Shown piece by piece: positions 1 to 12,019 of a stretch of DNA of 64,000 nt. Location of the stretch: contig JAQFVV010000006.1 of NCBI GenBank assembly GCA_028023455.1, forward strand, positions 14,880,001-14,944,000, in the 5' to 3' direction. The stretch is from Epiperipatus broadwayi. Lineage: Eukaryota; Animalia; Onychophora. Every line of letters begins with the position of its first letter. Within the stretch, counting starts at the first letter, position 1. The notes beneath the pieces were generated by a model. The model did no database searches and was not told the DNA's origin. It saw nothing but the letters and a program-made list of their open reading frames with translations. A program made the position numbers and the translations under genes.

Positions 1-960
1 GGAATATTCTGCCAAACACCATTGTACAGAACTTATCTAATATTTCAATAAATATTAAACAAAACAGGTGACATACTACACTCTTGCTTAACTCCACTTT
101 CCATATTCACTTCATCAGTCACATTACTCCTAAATCTATCTTTTATCTTTTGACCATTATACTTATTCCAAATCAATAATCTTTCTTTCCAAAATACTCC
201 TTTATTTCTTAAGATGGACATCAGTTTATTCCAGACTACTCTATCAAATGCCTTTTTAAAATCCACAAAACATATAACAATTTCTTTATCTCTCTCAATA
301 TATTTTTCTGCAATTGTTCTAACAATACCAGTAGCATCTCTTGTGCTTTTCCCTTTCCGAAAACCAAACTGTTCTTCATCAATGTAATAATCTACCTTCC
401 CATTAATCCTTTGAGTTAAAATCCTCAATAAGATACTTTAAAAGCATGAGACAATAAACTTATTGTTTTATACTCTTCACATTTAGCAGTTTTCTTCTTT
501 TTAGCAATTGGAATCATTATAGTTCTTAAAAAATCTTCAGGCCAAATTCCACTATTATATACAAATTGCAAAGTCCAACTGTTTCCTTCATAGTAAATTC
601 TCCCATTTCTCTCAAAAAATTCTATAGGTATTGCATCAAATCCATCAGCCTTACCATTCTTCATTTGTGTGATTGCCTTTCTTACTTCATCTGGCAATAT
701 GTCCATAACTTCATTGCTATCAGTTAATCTCTTTCCATTCTACGTCCATACCTCTATCATTTATTTCAACACCTTCATTTTCAAGTTCATAATTAATAAA
801 ATTATTTTCTCTACTAAACAGACCCTGAGGATATTCTTCTCATCTTTTTAATATATCATTACTACCAGTTAACCTCCTTCCACCCTTATGTGCAATCTCA
901 CCTGCTACCCATGTCTTTTTCTCTCAAGTTCCATCTCATCAATTTTTATTTTTGACACAA
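1..960 (-). mobile_element. RTE-clade LINE reverse transcriptase fragment, frameshifted
   Basis: ORFs 425..706 and 45..428 carry non-LTR RT motifs: GKADGFDAIPIEF, YKTISLLSHAFK, EEQFGFRKGKSTRD, CFVDFKKAFDRV, GVKQECSMSPVLFNIY. Confidence 0.85.
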
Positions 961-1645
961 AGGAAAGTTTCTCTCACTTTTCCCCTTAACAAAAGGTCAA
1001 AAGTAAAAAAAAAAAAAAAACCAGTCAAAAATAAAATCAGATGTTCTCTGCTGATCTTGGCGTCTAATTGCCTCAGACTCTTGTTCTTGAAAATAAAATA
1101 CAAAGCAGGATGATCATCAATATATTAGTAAAATTTAACATTTGGTAAAACAAAAAATTAACCTGACTTTGCTTTAACTTATTAGCAGAGAACATATCGG
1201 ACAAATTTTAAAAAAATGTAGATGCGTTGGACCATTTACAACTACTTTGAATTATTCCCTTTTTTATAAATATGCAAAAAATAAATAAATGTAAATGTAA
1301 AACATTTGCGACAGTTAAAAATAAACAGAAAAAAAATCTTACTAGTATATATAATATAATTACAAATTATATATTATTGTATGTGGATAAAATATATGCA
1401 CATACCATCATCATTTCTTTCACAATACATGTATATAGTTCATACCAGACTTATCATTGTCATAATAGCGATAAATGCACTCTAAATTAATAGCCACTAA
1501 TATTTTCTATATATATGAGTTGTAGCTTTAGCTACAGCCAACTTATGCTGGGCCACTCCAAGAATGCCTGTCACAATACATATATAAATTAATAAACCAT
1601 TGCAAAAAATGGAATATATAAATTGTAAATCAAAATTACTAATTT

Positions 1646-2330
1646 ATGCATAAGATGGAAAATTTTAGACCTTTTTTGTTTCATAATGAAAAATTATGTC
1701 CTTATGTGTATGATAAATTAGAAAATATTGAGATATTTGCCAAGGAATTGCTTGATGTTGGTTATAAAATAAACCAGATTAACAATAGAATACTTTATGT
1801 CAATTTAAAGTGTTATAATGGTTTAAAAGAGTTGAAGATTGATAGTAAAAAATGGATATTTATTTCATATATTTCAAATGCTCAAGTGAAATTTTTTAAG
1901 GATATATATATATAAGAATGTATTTAATCTTTTATTCTGTGTATTAAATAATATTAATAAATTAGTGAATAATTCTAAATATGTCATACCTATCAAAAAG
2001 AAAAGTAATATGTATCAATTTTTTTGTAGATGTATGTTATCATATGTAGGTGAATTGAGGTATAGTATTGAAAAAAGATTAAAAGAGCATAAATTGTTAC
2101 ACAAGTATGTGAAAAATAATAATGATTGCTTCAGTTTTCTTGAATCATGAAAGAACATGTAAATGTGAATTTAAGTTTGATATTGAAAGTGTTAAGATTC
2201 TTCATGAAGAGAGAAACCATAATAAAAGAAAAAATAAGGAGACAATTTTAATAAATAGGAAATAAAATGAATTTAATTAATAGACAAGCTGCTAGCATTA
2301 AAATTCGGGATTCATGGGATTTGAGTTGAT
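1646..2330 (+). mobile_element. Penelope-like element remnant (linker plus GIY-YIG endonuclease)
   Basis: ORF 1965..2150 reads YQFFCRCMLSYVGELRYSIEKRLKEH. Downstream reads VKILHEERNHNKRKNKETILI, a typical PLE GIY-YIG C-terminus. Stops and frameshifts are present. Confidence 0.7.
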
Positions 2331-2700
2331 GATGTTTGCTTCCGTTTTATTTGAATTTAATGGCAGTTGAGGCAGGTTAAGGAATTAACCAAAAGTACTT
2401 CTGCAGATTGAAAGTCTGTTTATAATAGTTTATTACCATTATATTTATTGTGTTTATTGTTATATATATATATATTAGGATGGTTTGATGGATGGTATAC
2501 TTTACAAAACAGAACTATAGATATGTTTTTTTGTTGAAGACTGGTATTTTGGCCATTTGTGGATTGTCATTGAGTCTCCTTATGCAAATGACATCGTATC
2601 GTCTTTAGTTGTTTATGATTTCACCTTATTTAGATAGTTATTAATTTTTTAATTGTTTATTCATTTTAAAAAGAAAATATATATATTTTTTGTTTTATAG

Positions 2701-2830
2701 AATGCCGGATTTGCAGTTGGGCAAGCGTGTTTCTTTAATGATGATTTGTATAAAGAATTAGAACCTGCAATCCCAAGCCTGGTAAAACTCCTAGGGGATC
2801 CTGTAGCCAAAACTCGAACAAATTGTATTG
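2701..2830 (+). CDS. STK36: Internal exon of a Fused/STK36-like kinase, C-terminal HEAT/ARM region
   Basis: ttttatag|exon|gtgagc, 130 nt, phase 0 to 1. Reads NAGFAVGQACFFNDDLYKELEPAIPSLVKLLGDPVAKTRTNCI, resembling the FAVGNAAY...L.DP..KTRANAAGALGNL repeat of STK36/TIO (recognised from memory). Joins in frame to 42882. Confidence 0.8.
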
Positions 2831-2978
2831 GTGAGCATATAAGCTTTGACACTACTTTCACAAAAAAAAAAAAAAATTACTATTTATGACAATATATTTT
2901 TTTTATTTCTGATTTTCCTCTTGATAATAGGTGTTTTATATATATTTACACATAAATAAAACAAGGGAGATTATGTAG

Positions 2979-3677
2979 CAGGGATGGCCAAGTTGTCAAC
3001 CGTGGTCATCTAGTTGACCGCGAAACTGATGTGAACATTGATGAATTATAGTGATAAATTCAGAGCTGATTTGAATATAAAAAATAAAAAAAGTAAAAAT
3101 TCAAAAGTATTCTCTTTTAAAAGTAGTTAAATTTAAAATAACATCTGTTGTTATTGTCAATCTCAAAAATAAACCCAAGTTGATGTGTTCCCCAAAGAGA
3201 AATGAAAATAACTTGTCCTGGAGAAACAAGGATTTTAATAAACTGATTTTAAAACAAAGAAGTTGTGAACTTTTTAAAACACTTCATAAAGTAATTTAAT
3301 AAATATTTTACAAAGAGACATGGACAAATTGTAATGCTATAAGGAGTTGAGGTAATTTAATAGTAAGTCGTATAAAATATCTTCAACAGTTTGTATCTTA
3401 TTGAAAAAAATTCATCAGTTCATATCTTTTAAATACATTACCAATATTTCTGAATATCTAAAAATCTTTATAAAAAAAACCACCAATTCATAAGTACATT
3501 TCTAAAAAAAAAAAATACTTCAAGCCCTTATTTTTTTTTCATTCTGGTTTTCATTCCAGAAAAAAATAACGTTTTTTTCCTAGTTTCCGGTTCAAAGCTC
3601 TGAAAAACACATAGTTGCCCTTAGGTACACTTTCACCTAAAAAGTTGCCCCAATGTGTAAAAGTTTGGTCACCTTTG
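2979..3677. mobile_element. Old hAT-type MITE
   Basis: Degenerate TIRs cagggatggccaagtt / aagtttggtcacctttg. Exact 8-bp TSD TTATGTAG at 2971-2978 and 3678-3685. Confidence 0.65.
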
Positions 3678-4519
3678 TTATGTAGCAATAAATATTGCAT
3701 AATTTTGGCAATGTTTTATTGTCTTCCTCAGTCTTATAGTGAAACTATAATATACTTCGTATTAATATACACTATTTATATTATATGCTATCAAAAATAT
3801 ATATATAAATAAATAACAAAAATATAAACAAACAAACAAATAAAAAGTTTAAATTCTTAAAGTTCATCCGTTCTACTACTCGCAACAGCTATCTTGAATG
3901 TTATATGTGATCATCTTTATTAATAATAATTAAGTTAAAAGCATACATATGTTTTTATTTAGATGTGATACAGTATTTGTGTAATAAAATGTTTCTTAAT
4001 TTAAAATAAGAATGGTAAAATATTCTTGCATTGTGTTAGAAAGCTTAAGGTATGAAGAGTTAATTGAAATATGAAATAGGAAACAGAAAATAAGGGTGAC
4101 TATAAATTTCAATGCTTATACAGACTTAAAAACATCAAAACAATTATAGATATTATCTGGTGCTAATAATGACACTTCCATAGGGGGAAAAAGTTATTGA
4201 AGAAAAAAATATATCATTTAAAGTGTGTTTGATTGCAATGAAAATCGGACACTTTACTGTTCATTTTATTAAAAAAAAATCAAGATACATTCATTACATT
4301 AAGTTTGGTTACTTTTTGAATGAATGTGGTCAATAAGTGAAAACCATTCAGTAAATATTTATATAAATGTATTCTCTCAATCTATTATTATTAACTATAT
4401 TATTATTTTTAATTTTATTATGCATACTATTCACATCTAATGTAGTTTGTATTATATATATATATATATGTATGTGTGTGTTTTTAATTCAACCAACTCT
4501 TTTGCCATCTTGTAGGATG

Positions 4520-5335
4520 TTTTAGTAATCAATAGATGTTGGATCTGAGCACTTATTAAATCCTTATCCAGTGCTTTCATATCCAGAGATTCCCAGACTA
4601 GTTTCTAGCTTTTGGCTTTCATCAGTGAGGAACTTTATGAATAGCACAATTGAATCTTTTAAATGTAATTGACTTTTCTTCTAGCATTTACTTATTACTT
4701 TTTATTATACCATCAAGTTACCAGCTAAAATTGAAAAACTTTTAATTTTTTCAATCCAAGCCTATTTTTTTGCATAATTATATAGATCTGGAACTGATTC
4801 AATATGTATGTATTATGGTGACCTTAGTTTTTCTATAATCTTTCTCACCTTTATTTTTTAGCTGAAATTGATACAAAACCAACAATACATCACATGACCA
4901 ATAAAACATCACATGACCTTAGCTTACCCATATTGTGTTATTCATTAACAAATTCTTTTATTTATGGTACTCTTGTCATCTTGTGAACGCTTTAATAATC
5001 ATTAGTAAACTTTACTCTCAAAACTGTATAACCATGTGAGCAAATAGATTTGGATTGAAAGAAAAAAAGGTTCTCAGTTTGGGTTGGTAACTTGATAGAA
5101 TAGCTAAAAATAAAAAATGGCTGCTGGATGGGAAAGTGTATTGTTCAAAAATCCAAAAGCTCCTCATTAATAAAGCCATATCTGGGCATATTTGAATGGG
5201 ACTGGCATCACTAAATATATATTCATTAAGTACTACAGCAAAACAGTAGTGAGAATGGAAGCACTTGCTTATGAATAGCAATATGTGTAAGCTAAGGCCA
5301 TGTGATTTTTGGATCATGTGATGTATATATATATG
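4520..5335. repeat. Family A hammerhead repeat, older copy (minus unit plus eroded plus unit)
   Basis: Shares ccagactagtttctagct, ttcaatccaagct and catcacatgacc blocks with the 47504-48734 copy. Confidence 0.7.
4590..4632 (-). ncRNA. Type I hammerhead ribozyme motif, family A
   Basis: Minus strand: UUCCUCA CUGAUGA A AGC CAAAA GCU A GAAAC UA GUC UGGGAA. Confidence 0.7.
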
Positions 5336-5661
5336 TATGTGTTGAAAAATGTTGTATACTTACAGTTCAATAACAATAAGTATTTTCATTGTAACAAAGC
5401 TATGTAAGTGAAGTTTGGAACAAATAGCAAATGTTGCGGCTCCACTATATATTATTAACAATAACATACTCTGACGAGGGTAATAAAACTTCTTGAAAAA
5501 GAAATTTATTTATTAAATAATGTTTGTTGTTATGTAATCTTAGTTTTAATCATTTCTTCATTTACATATAAAAAGACATAAGGTAATTTGTATTGTTAAT
5601 CTTTTCATTCTTGTTTGTAATAAATTGGCTGAATGGTTTCTAACATTGGTGAAAGAAAAGG

Positions 5662-6763
5662 GGTAATCCTGACTTTTAGCGTCCCGAACAATTCGCCCTC
5701 TATTTTTAAAAAAATTAACTAACTACTTTTTCACACCTAAAAAAAAAAGTGTATGTAACTATAACCAAGTGTAAATGCTAATAAAAAAAGATTAAAAAAA
5801 ATACTTACATTTACATGCGTATTTTTCACGTATAGCGGTCTTTGCTGTATATAGAACTGTAAATAAATGACGTATATTAACTGTAAATGTTTTTCCGTAA
5901 AGAAGAATAAATAACAAGAAAAGAAACTTACATTTTTAGGAGTAATTGGAAGCCACCCAAGCGAGGAAATGCACGAAAAGGTCGTCGCGTGCGTGCAGAT
6001 TTCTGAAAGAAAATTCCTGCAGGTAGGATGAGAACAAAGGTGTGCTCATCCCAAATTGGTATTTTAGCTTATGCTTTGCGACAGAGTGGACATAGGCAGA
6101 ATTCCATGCGGTCAAGCAAAAGTAGTTCAGAATTTGTCACGTGTCAAAAAACCAATTCACATTTAGGATCCGGGTGTCGAACTCTGTCATTCTATATATG
6201 TAATTTCAGAGTATATGTAACTATAAATTTATTTTTTACACGAACATCAATAAATCAAATGGATGTAATTGCAGAGTATATGTAACTATAAATGTCTTTT
6301 TTACATGAAGATGAATAAATAAAATGGATGTAACAAAACTTAATTTTTAGGCTCTATTTAGTCTCACGCAAAGTTGCTATAAAAATTATGAACTACTGTA
6401 CTTTGGTCATTTGTGACACGTGACAAATTCTGAACTACTTTGCTTGACCGCGTGGAATTCTGTCGTTATAAAAAATGGACGGATCCTAAATATGAGTTTG
6501 TTTTTTTGTTATTGAGTGTTCTTTATGTAAAAACATTTAGAGTTAATATACGTCATTTGTTTACAGTTCTACATGCAGCAAAGACCGCTATAAGTGAAAA
6601 ATACGCATGTAAATGTAAGTATTTTTTTTAACATTTTTTTTTATTAGCATTTACACTTGGATATAGTTACATACACTTTTTTTTTTAGGTGTGAAAAAGT
6701 AGTTAGTTCATTTTTTTAAAAATAGAGGGCGAATTGTTCGGGACGCTAAAAGTCAGGATTACC
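5662..6763. mobile_element. Foldback MITE with long TIRs, Merlin-like termini
   Basis: About 270-bp near-perfect TIRs starting GGTAATCCTGACTTTTAGCGTCCCGAACAA. Exact 8-bp TSD AGAAAAGG (5654-5661, 6764-6771). A second internal inverted repeat sits at about 6094-6150 / 6410-6462. No transposase. Confidence 0.75.
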
Positions 6764-7234
6764 AGAAAAGGTTTATTATATTTATTTATTTTTATTGGTT
6801 TTCCAAACCGAAAGGACACTCAGCTACACTTGATAAAAATAAATAAATATAATAAATCTTTTCTTTCGCCAATAATGTTAGAAACGTTTCGGCCAAGGTA
6901 TTAAAAAAGGCATAATATGTATTTCCATTTTATGATCATATATAATAATAACGTGATAGGCTGAAACCTTTGACAGATGCACCTTAAAAATGCTTATAGT
7001 ATATAAATTGCCTGTTCTGACTTTATAAAATCAAATTCAAATAATTGTTCATTTTAACGGTCAAATAGCAATTCTAACATTTTTATTTTATTGTAATAAA
7101 GTTAATATGCCAACACTATAAATTGTAGGTAGTAACTTTCTATATGTACAAAGATAAATCCCACCTAACGGCAATCCAATATATATGTCCATTTGTGATT
7201 GTGATATTGATTCGGGAAAAACCTTCATATACTT

Positions 7235-7871
7235 TGTGAGTTGCAGAAAATTATAGTCATATTTGACCCTGCCTTCAGAAGTGGACTATTCCAGATTCCT
7301 TGCCTGATTGGCTAGCACCTAGTTGCTATCCAATGGGATTAAAACCTTCACTGGGGTTCGTGCACTGAATCCGCGTGTTTCCCGTAAGGTAGGGGATCTG
7401 CCTTTAAATAGTCAGCCTTTTGGAGGCAAGGCAGAGAGCAATTACTTCTGTTAACCTGAACGGGAGAATGTGCTCTCCATTAAACCTTCTGCCATCAGTA
7501 AAGGTATTTATCTAGTCATTATTGCGACATCCATGCAGTGAGGCAAATCCACCTACAGACTGGAAACTGCTATGTCTGAACTAGAGCTGACTCGAGGCAA
7601 GCCACCTACATAGCTGGAAGAGTTACCAGAACTCACGATGCAGGCTAATCATTAGCTGGAAGCGAGTTCCTTACTCTGCACGACTATCTCAGCATTGAAG
7701 ACTATCAACTGTATTTGTACATTTGTTTAACTAACATGTGTATATATTTTGTGCTAATAAATTGTACATATTAATTGCTGAATAGTTGTTCTTTTGGTAT
7801 CTGTTGGTTTGGAAACGAACCTGCAAGCCTAACCAAACACAACACATAAACACGTAATTTCCCTGCAGTCA
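7235..7871 (+). mobile_element. Putative solo LTR
   Basis: GC-richer block with TG...CA ends and short imperfect terminal inverted repeats (tgagttgcagaaaattat / gtaatttccctgcagtca). It has CCAAT-like boxes, tttaaata and AATAAA near 7756. No clean TSD seen. Confidence 0.45.
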
Positions 7872-8401
7872 TGTGATTAGCTTTAAGAAAATTGCATCAA
7901 ACCAGTGATTGCACTGCTATTGATATAACTATATACCATACTACATTATAGCTATAATTAAAATTTTTACTACATGCTATTAATGATATAACTGTGCAGT
8001 CCATATCTACATATAATACTAATTTAATGTATTACATTGTAGCGGTGATAAAACTTCTCTTAGAAATAGTGTATACAATAAATGTGTATGCTTAATTGCT
8101 ATTTTAATACTCAATAGATGATATAAACACAAACAAATTAATTGTATCACCAGCAGTATAATTGTGCGGTGCTTATTTAACATATAACACTCTTTAATAA
8201 CCAACAATATAGCTACAATAAAAGTCCTTCTTATGAATAATGTTTATAGTATTCATTACTACTACTTTCATGTGTAAACGCGAATCAAAATGTTTGTGCT
8301 GCCGGTATTATAATTCTGTAATATATATAGAAGTATCGCTGTAAGTGATTTGGTGAAATAAGTATTAGACTCTGGAGTGTACAATCTTCGGATCAATTCT
8401 G

Positions 8402-8740
8402 TTCTAGAACTTCCGGCATTTGAACTTTGCAAGAACTCTCGAGCTTCTAGAACTTCCGGCATTTGAACTTTGTAAGAACTCTCAAGCTTCTAGAACTTCC
8501 GGCATTTGAACTTTGTAAGAACTCTCGAGGTTCTAGAATTTCTGGCATTTGAACTTTGTATGAACTCTCGAGCAATGGAGTCATTTGATTACTTATTTAT
8601 TTTTTATAGTATTGATTCATAATTATCAGGATCAATTCCGGTTCTAGAACTTCTGACATTTGAACTTTGTATGAACTCTCGAGCAATGGAGTCATTTGAT
8701 TATTTATTTATTTTTTATAGTATTGATTCATAATTATCAC
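8402..8740 (+). repeat. 43-bp minisatellite x4 plus a ~110-bp duplication
   Basis: Unit ttctagaacttccggcatttgaactttgtaagaactctcgagc starts at 8402, 8445, 8488 and 8531. Related motifs occur near 11010 and 33000-33170. Confidence 0.9.
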
Positions 8741-10034
8741 GAAACCCATCATTATCTTAGCACTCTTTTTTTTCTCTTGTTCTTCCAGAGTTAGGTCGAT
8801 TAGTGCTTATTTGCATGTCATTACTAATGTAGTATATAATAGTAAAATAGCTTGGTTTTTTTAATAGTTCAATAGAGAGCAAAGGTTGCTTGATCGGTCA
8901 TTCATTGTTTAATAAGATTTTGAGTGGTTTTTTAATCCTTGTTTTATTCTAGTAGATAGATATCCATTTACTGACTAATGGTGAATGCTTAGCTGGGTTG
9001 GCTATGGGCTAGCTATCTGAAACAAAATCTTAAATCTTTTGCAAAAAAATTTACTTAGTCTTATTTGAACCCTAAGTTGTAGGCATGGTATGCAAATACA
9101 TTATCTCTTACCTACTTAATCCTTTAATGTAAGGTATAGATATATGTGTTTCAATAAAAATTCAATTAGTAAATGATTATTATTATTGCAAATATATATA
9201 CAATGTTGTGGGTTTTTTTTTTTAAAAAAATTATATTTAGAGGTGTATAACATATCCTGATTTGTTATATACTTTTTTTTTTTTTTAAAAAAAAAAAAAA
9301 GCTTCTGGGAATTGTAATTATTAAAATATTTTGCCACAGAGAATATGTATTTTTAGAAAGATATAATCATTATATAAGACTATTTATATACTTTATTATT
9401 GCATACTATTTATGGTTTAATTACTTTATAAGGTGAAAACTATAAAAAAGAACATAAAAACTTACTCCCTTATTTTTTTTATAGCTGTTAGCATTCAAAT
9501 AAAAATTAAAAGTGTTTTCTGTGATGTTTATTTTTTAAATTTTATTGTATGAAATATTTATTACGTGAAATACTTTTAAGATTTATATATATATAAAAAG
9601 TAAAAGTTCCAAGACGATTTTAAAACTGTTTTAGAAATATCTATATGAAACACATTATTGATTGCTCTGAGTGGGGAATTATCTTACCTTGATGGTGATG
9701 TTAATTATGACTGTTTCTAGTCTTTCTAATGTTATTATATGAAATCTTATACCTGCAAAAACATAAGTACAGTAGTTAAAGAAGTGCCTCTGGCTCAGGA
9801 AATCTGATTACCCCCAGGGTAGAAATATCAAGGAAAGTTAAAACTTATTAATCCATGACCCTGAGGTCACTTTATCTAAAATAATTGGCAACGTAAAACA
9901 ATTAATTATACAACTGGATTCAAAGCTAAAATTAGCATTTGAACTCAAGGACTAATTTGAAATTATTTAACTAAATTTGTACTGGAAAAACTTTACAAAC
10001 TAATATTGAAATGATCAATATAACATTATCATTT

Positions 10035-10250
10035 TCAAACATTGCAGGATAATGGTCTTGCTATGTTTAATCGAGGTCTCCTATTTATAGCCTCTTTGCT
10101 CCATATGACACTGCTAAACTTCCTTAATTCACCCATTAATCTAAGTGGTGTCTTTCTAGGTGTTTTACAATCTCTTGAGATCCAGTTTAAAACTTCAGCC
10201 ATCTCTCCATACTGTGTTGAGTGGTCTGAAGTCTCCATATTGTTCTTCTA
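10035..10250 (-). mobile_element. RTE LINE 3' fragment
   Basis: VLNWISRDCKTPRKTPLR resembles the RTE C-terminal W.PR..KRP.GRP..RW motif. Same family at 18540 and 39855. Confidence 0.6.
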
Positions 10251-10582
10251 GTAAGTGTCCAAGTCTCAAATCTATAAGGATTGATAAATTTTCTTTTCAA
10301 ATATGTAGACATATTTCTTTTTAATTTTGTTATTTCTTCAAAATCTCTCCACCCAAGTTTAATTCTATGACTAATTTCACATTTCCATCTGTAATAATAA
10401 ATCTTGGCAAGATATATTGCTAACTTCTTTTAATTCATTGTTATCAATCATTATCAATAAAATATCATCATTAAAACAGTGGAAAACTCTCCATACAGTA
10501 ATGCCACCCAGTGCAAACTATAGGAATCAATGGTTGCAAGGTTTGTGCATAAAATCCCTATCTTGTGCATACTCATCCAATA

Positions 10583-10625
10583 TCCCCAGACTAGTTTCTA
10601 GCTTGTGGCTTTCATCAGTAAGGGG
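10583..10625 (-). ncRNA. Type I hammerhead motif, family A
   Basis: Minus strand: CCCCUUA CUGAUGA A AGC CACAA GCU A GAAAC UA GUC UGGGGA. Confidence 0.75.
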
Positions 10626-11096
10626 CTTTGGATAAAATATCATCATCTGATAAAAATACTTAGTGTAAAATTGCTGTAAATAGTTTTGGTGATATGGGAT
10701 TATATCCTATTGTGCATTCTTCTCAGTGTTAATCTTCTTAGTAGCGTCTTAGAGTTTATTTTCTTTCTAGTCTTCTTTAGTTCTGAATTTGGGGTAATTT
10801 TGATTATAAATATATAATTAATTTTTTTCATCATCATTTTACTAACCAGATTTATAATGGATGTAGAGAAATTTGGTAGAATAAGTGAGGTTTATAAAGC
10901 AAATGAGCATGTGGATGATAAATTTTGTGTATTTGAATTAATACCCTGCATGGTTTAGTAGGGAGATGGAATGTTGGGCTCTGGAGTATTAGCCCCTCAG
11001 GCCAATTCTAGTTCTGGCACTTGTGACATTTAAACTACTTATGAACTCCCGAGCAATAGATCCATTAAATTAGTTTTTATTGTAAGTGTTAAAGTT

Positions 11097-11490
11097 GTGT
11101 AGTGAAAATTATGCTACAGAAATATTATTCATTAAATGTATAGTTTCTAGTCTAATGAATGACTAATCAAAATTATTAATATATTTCCATTAAGTGATTT
11201 GTGTCAAAGTTGTGAGGCCTAAGTTTTTAAATGGTAGTAATTGGCTATCTATGTATATATACTGAACAATGATAAAAGTATATATAAGAGATTGTGATCT
11301 GGGCCAACTGATAAGTGCTAGTTTAGCACGAAATGTGCATCTTGGTGACCGTACATTATTTTCACATGTCTTTGTTTATATGTTTATGACTACACCCTTC
11401 CACAAGATGTAAAAGGGGTTAGCAGCCAGTCCCTACCATGCATGAGAGTAGTGTAGTGAAAATTACACTCTATAAATATTATTCATTGAG
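11097..11490 (+). repeat. Family D hammerhead repeat, 1.1-mer (period 354)
   Basis: gtgtagtgaaaatt recurs at 11097 and 11451. HHR at 11304-11345: CCAA CUGAUAA GUGC-loop-GCAC GAAAU GUGC AUC UUGG (G8 to A). Confidence 0.75.
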
Positions 11491-11805
11491 TGAAAAAGTT
11501 GGAATCATTTATTTAATCAAGATTGTAAAGTTATAAATAGTGAGGGACTGGAATTTATGGATTAAATTTTAAAAGTAGACTTACTTTTGATGAGTAAAGG
11601 CAAAAACTTTTCATACAATAGTGCCCCGGGAAGTGCAAGCAGAGTAATCAATGGATGCAACATCCAAACAAATTAGTTTGGATTGAAAGCATTAGTGTGT
11701 TTTCATTTTGGATTCATAGCTTTATAGTTAACTAAAAAGGTAAAAGGTGCATGCTAGAGGGTTGCATTAAATCCTAAGATCTAGGTGCAATGCTCTCAGG
11801 TTCAA

Positions 11806-11846
11806 AGCTCCTGATGAAAGCCACAAGCTAGAAACTAGTCTGGGGA
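11806..11846 (+). ncRNA. Hammerhead motif, family A, stem I partly deleted
   Basis: CUGAUGA A AGC CACAA GCU A GAAAC UA GUC UGGGGA, with ctca missing 5' of the core. Lies within an A unit at about 11590-11990. Confidence 0.6.
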
Positions 11847-12019
11847 CATAGATGAGTAGGTGCTGATTTTATGTACAAACCTTGCATCCATTGATTCTGG
11901 TTTGTACTGGGTGGCACTACTGTATGGAGAGTTTTTCCTGTTTTAACAGCTTGTGTAAGCATTGGAAATGGTGACCATATGATATTTGACAAGTACTTTA
12001 AAAGAAAACTAAGAATAAT

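Noticed and set aside
4105-4290. Dispersed repeat shared with about 53115-53305
   Set aside because: The similarity is real but there are no termini, ORF or structure to classify. Probably an ordinary old TE fragment.
5468-5500. Hammerhead-like CTGACGAGGG...GAAAA; similar ghosts near 6880 (-), 24455, 35930 (-) and 56890
   Set aside because: Only half-cores remain and stems cannot be closed. These are at most eroded PLE 3' ends and are not counted as ribozymes.
8402-8575. CRISPR-like array
   Set aside because: Units are contiguous 43-bp repeats with no unique spacers, there are no cas genes, and the context is eukaryotic.
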